From Scyliorhinus canicula (taxonomy: Eukaryota), in the NCBI RefSeq assembly GCF_902713615.1, contig NC_052161.1, forward strand, positions 2,252,892-2,316,891: a DNA stretch of 64,000 bases, read 5' to 3'. The notes below the pieces were generated by a model that saw only the letters and a program-made list of their open reading frames with translations, was not told the DNA's origin and did no database searches. Below are positions 62,513 through 64,000 of the stretch, piece after piece. Position 1 is the stretch's first letter. Each line of letters begins with the position of its first letter. The translations under genes and the position numbers were made by a program.

Positions 62513-64000
62513 CAGAGGGTCACTACTGAGGGAGTGCTGTACTGTCAGAGGGTCACTACTGAGGGAGTGCTGCACTGTCAGAGGGTCAGTACTGAGGGAG
62601 TGCTGCACTGTCAGAGGGTCAGTACTGAGGGTGTGCCGCACTGTCAGAGGGTCAGTACTGAGGGAGTGCCGCACTGTCAGAGGGTCAGTACTGAGGGTGT
62701 GCCGCACTGTCAGAGGGTCAGTACTGAGGGAGTGCCGCACTGTCAGAGGGTCAGTACTGAGGGAGTGCCGCACTGTCAGAGGGTCAGTACTGAGGGAGTG
62801 CCGCACTGTCAGAGGGTCAGTACTGAGGGAGTGCCGCACTGTCAGAGGGTCAGTACTGAGGGAGTGCCGCACTGTCAGAGGGTCAGTACTGAGGGAGAGC
62901 TGCACTGTCAGAGGGTCAGTACTGAGGGAGTGCTGCACTGTCAGAGGGTCAGTACTGAGGGAGTGCCGCACTGTCAGAGGGTCAGTACTGAGGGAGTGCC
63001 GCACTGTCAGAGGGTCAGTACTGAGGGAGTGCTGCACTGTCAGAGGGTCAGTACTGAGGGAGTGCTGCACTGTCAGAGGGTCAGTACTGAGGGAGTGCCG
63101 CACTGTCAGAGGGTCAGTACTGAGGGAGTGCCGCACTGTGAGAGGGTCAGTACTGAGGGAGTGCCGCACTGTCAGAGGGTCAGTACTGAGGGAGTGCCGC
63201 ACTGTCAGAGGGTCAGTACTGAGGGAGTGCCACACTGTCAGAGGGTCAGTACTGAGGGAGTGCCGCACTGTCAGAGGGTCAGTGCTGAGGGAGTGCCGCA
63301 CTGTCAGAGGGTCAGTACTGAGGGAGTGCCGCACTGTCAGAGGGTCAGTACTGAGGGAGTGCTGCACTGTCAGAGGGTCAGTACTGAGGGAGTGCCGCAC
63401 TGTCAGAGGGTCAGTACTGAGGGAGTGCCGCACTGTCAGAGGGTCAGTACTGAGGGAGTGCTGCACTGTCAGAGGGTCAGTACTGAGGGAGTGCTGTACT
63501 GTCAGAGGGTCAGTACTGAGGGAGTGCCGCACTGTCAGAGGGTCAGTACTGAGGGAGTGCCGCACTGTCAGAGGGTCAGTACTGAGGGAGTGCCGCACTG
63601 TCAGAGGGTCAGTACTGAGGGAGTGCTGCACTGTCAGAGGGTCAGTACTGAGGGAGTGCCGCACTGTCAGAGGGTCAGTACTGAGGGAGTGCCGCACTGT
63701 CAGAGGGTCAGTACTGAGGGAGTGCTGCACTGCCAGAGGGTCAGTACTGAGGGAGCGCCGCACTGTCAGAGGGTCAGTACTGAGGGAGTGCTGCACTGTC
63801 AGAGGGTCAGTACTGAGGGAGCGCCGCACTGTCAGAGGGTCAGTACTGAGGGAGTGCCGCACTGTGAGAGGGTCAGTACTGAGAGAGTGCCTCACTGTCA
63901 GAGGGTCAGTATTGAGGGAGTGCCTCACTGTCAGAGGGTCAGTATTGAGGGAGTGCCGCACTGTCAGAGGGTCAGTGCTGAGGGAGTGCCGCACTGTCAG
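62513..64000. repeat. 33-bp satellite, runs off the window
   Basis: gtcagagggtcagtactgagggagtgccgcact. Confidence 0.97.

Noticed and set aside
62453-63994. 513-aa ORF (HSLSTDPLTVR)n
   Set aside because: 33-bp satellite, antisense within a lipase intron.

Overview
Repeat-rich vertebrate genomic DNA, most likely from a cartilaginous fish (inferred from V-SINE/HE1-type SINEs, CR1 LINEs and protein divergence). I reconstructed four spliced genes by hand from GT-AG boundaries and reading-frame phase. PDCD11/RRP5 is on the minus strand with 8 internal exons at 119-13731; its 5' exons are missing and probably lie in the 500-N gap. ATP5MK/USMG5 is on the plus strand (61 aa). TAF5 is complete on the minus strand (10 coding exons, 741 aa). 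The 5' part of a pancreatic-lipase-family gene lies on the plus strand, with a candidate TATA/PTF1 promoter. The rest is CR1, L1-like and RTE-like LINE fragments, SINEs, two hAT-type MITEs, Penelope-like relics and many minisatellites; the very long ORFs in the track are repeat artefacts. Two signals stand out. (1) Minisatellites have been built from the genes' own functional junctions: three exon/5'-splice-site junctions and the TAF5 stop codon, creating arrays of decoy donors. (2) A TSD-flanked perfect 92-bp inverted repeat carries an intact minimal hammerhead-ribozyme motif on each strand, and its loop appears to be copied from a site about 650 bp away.
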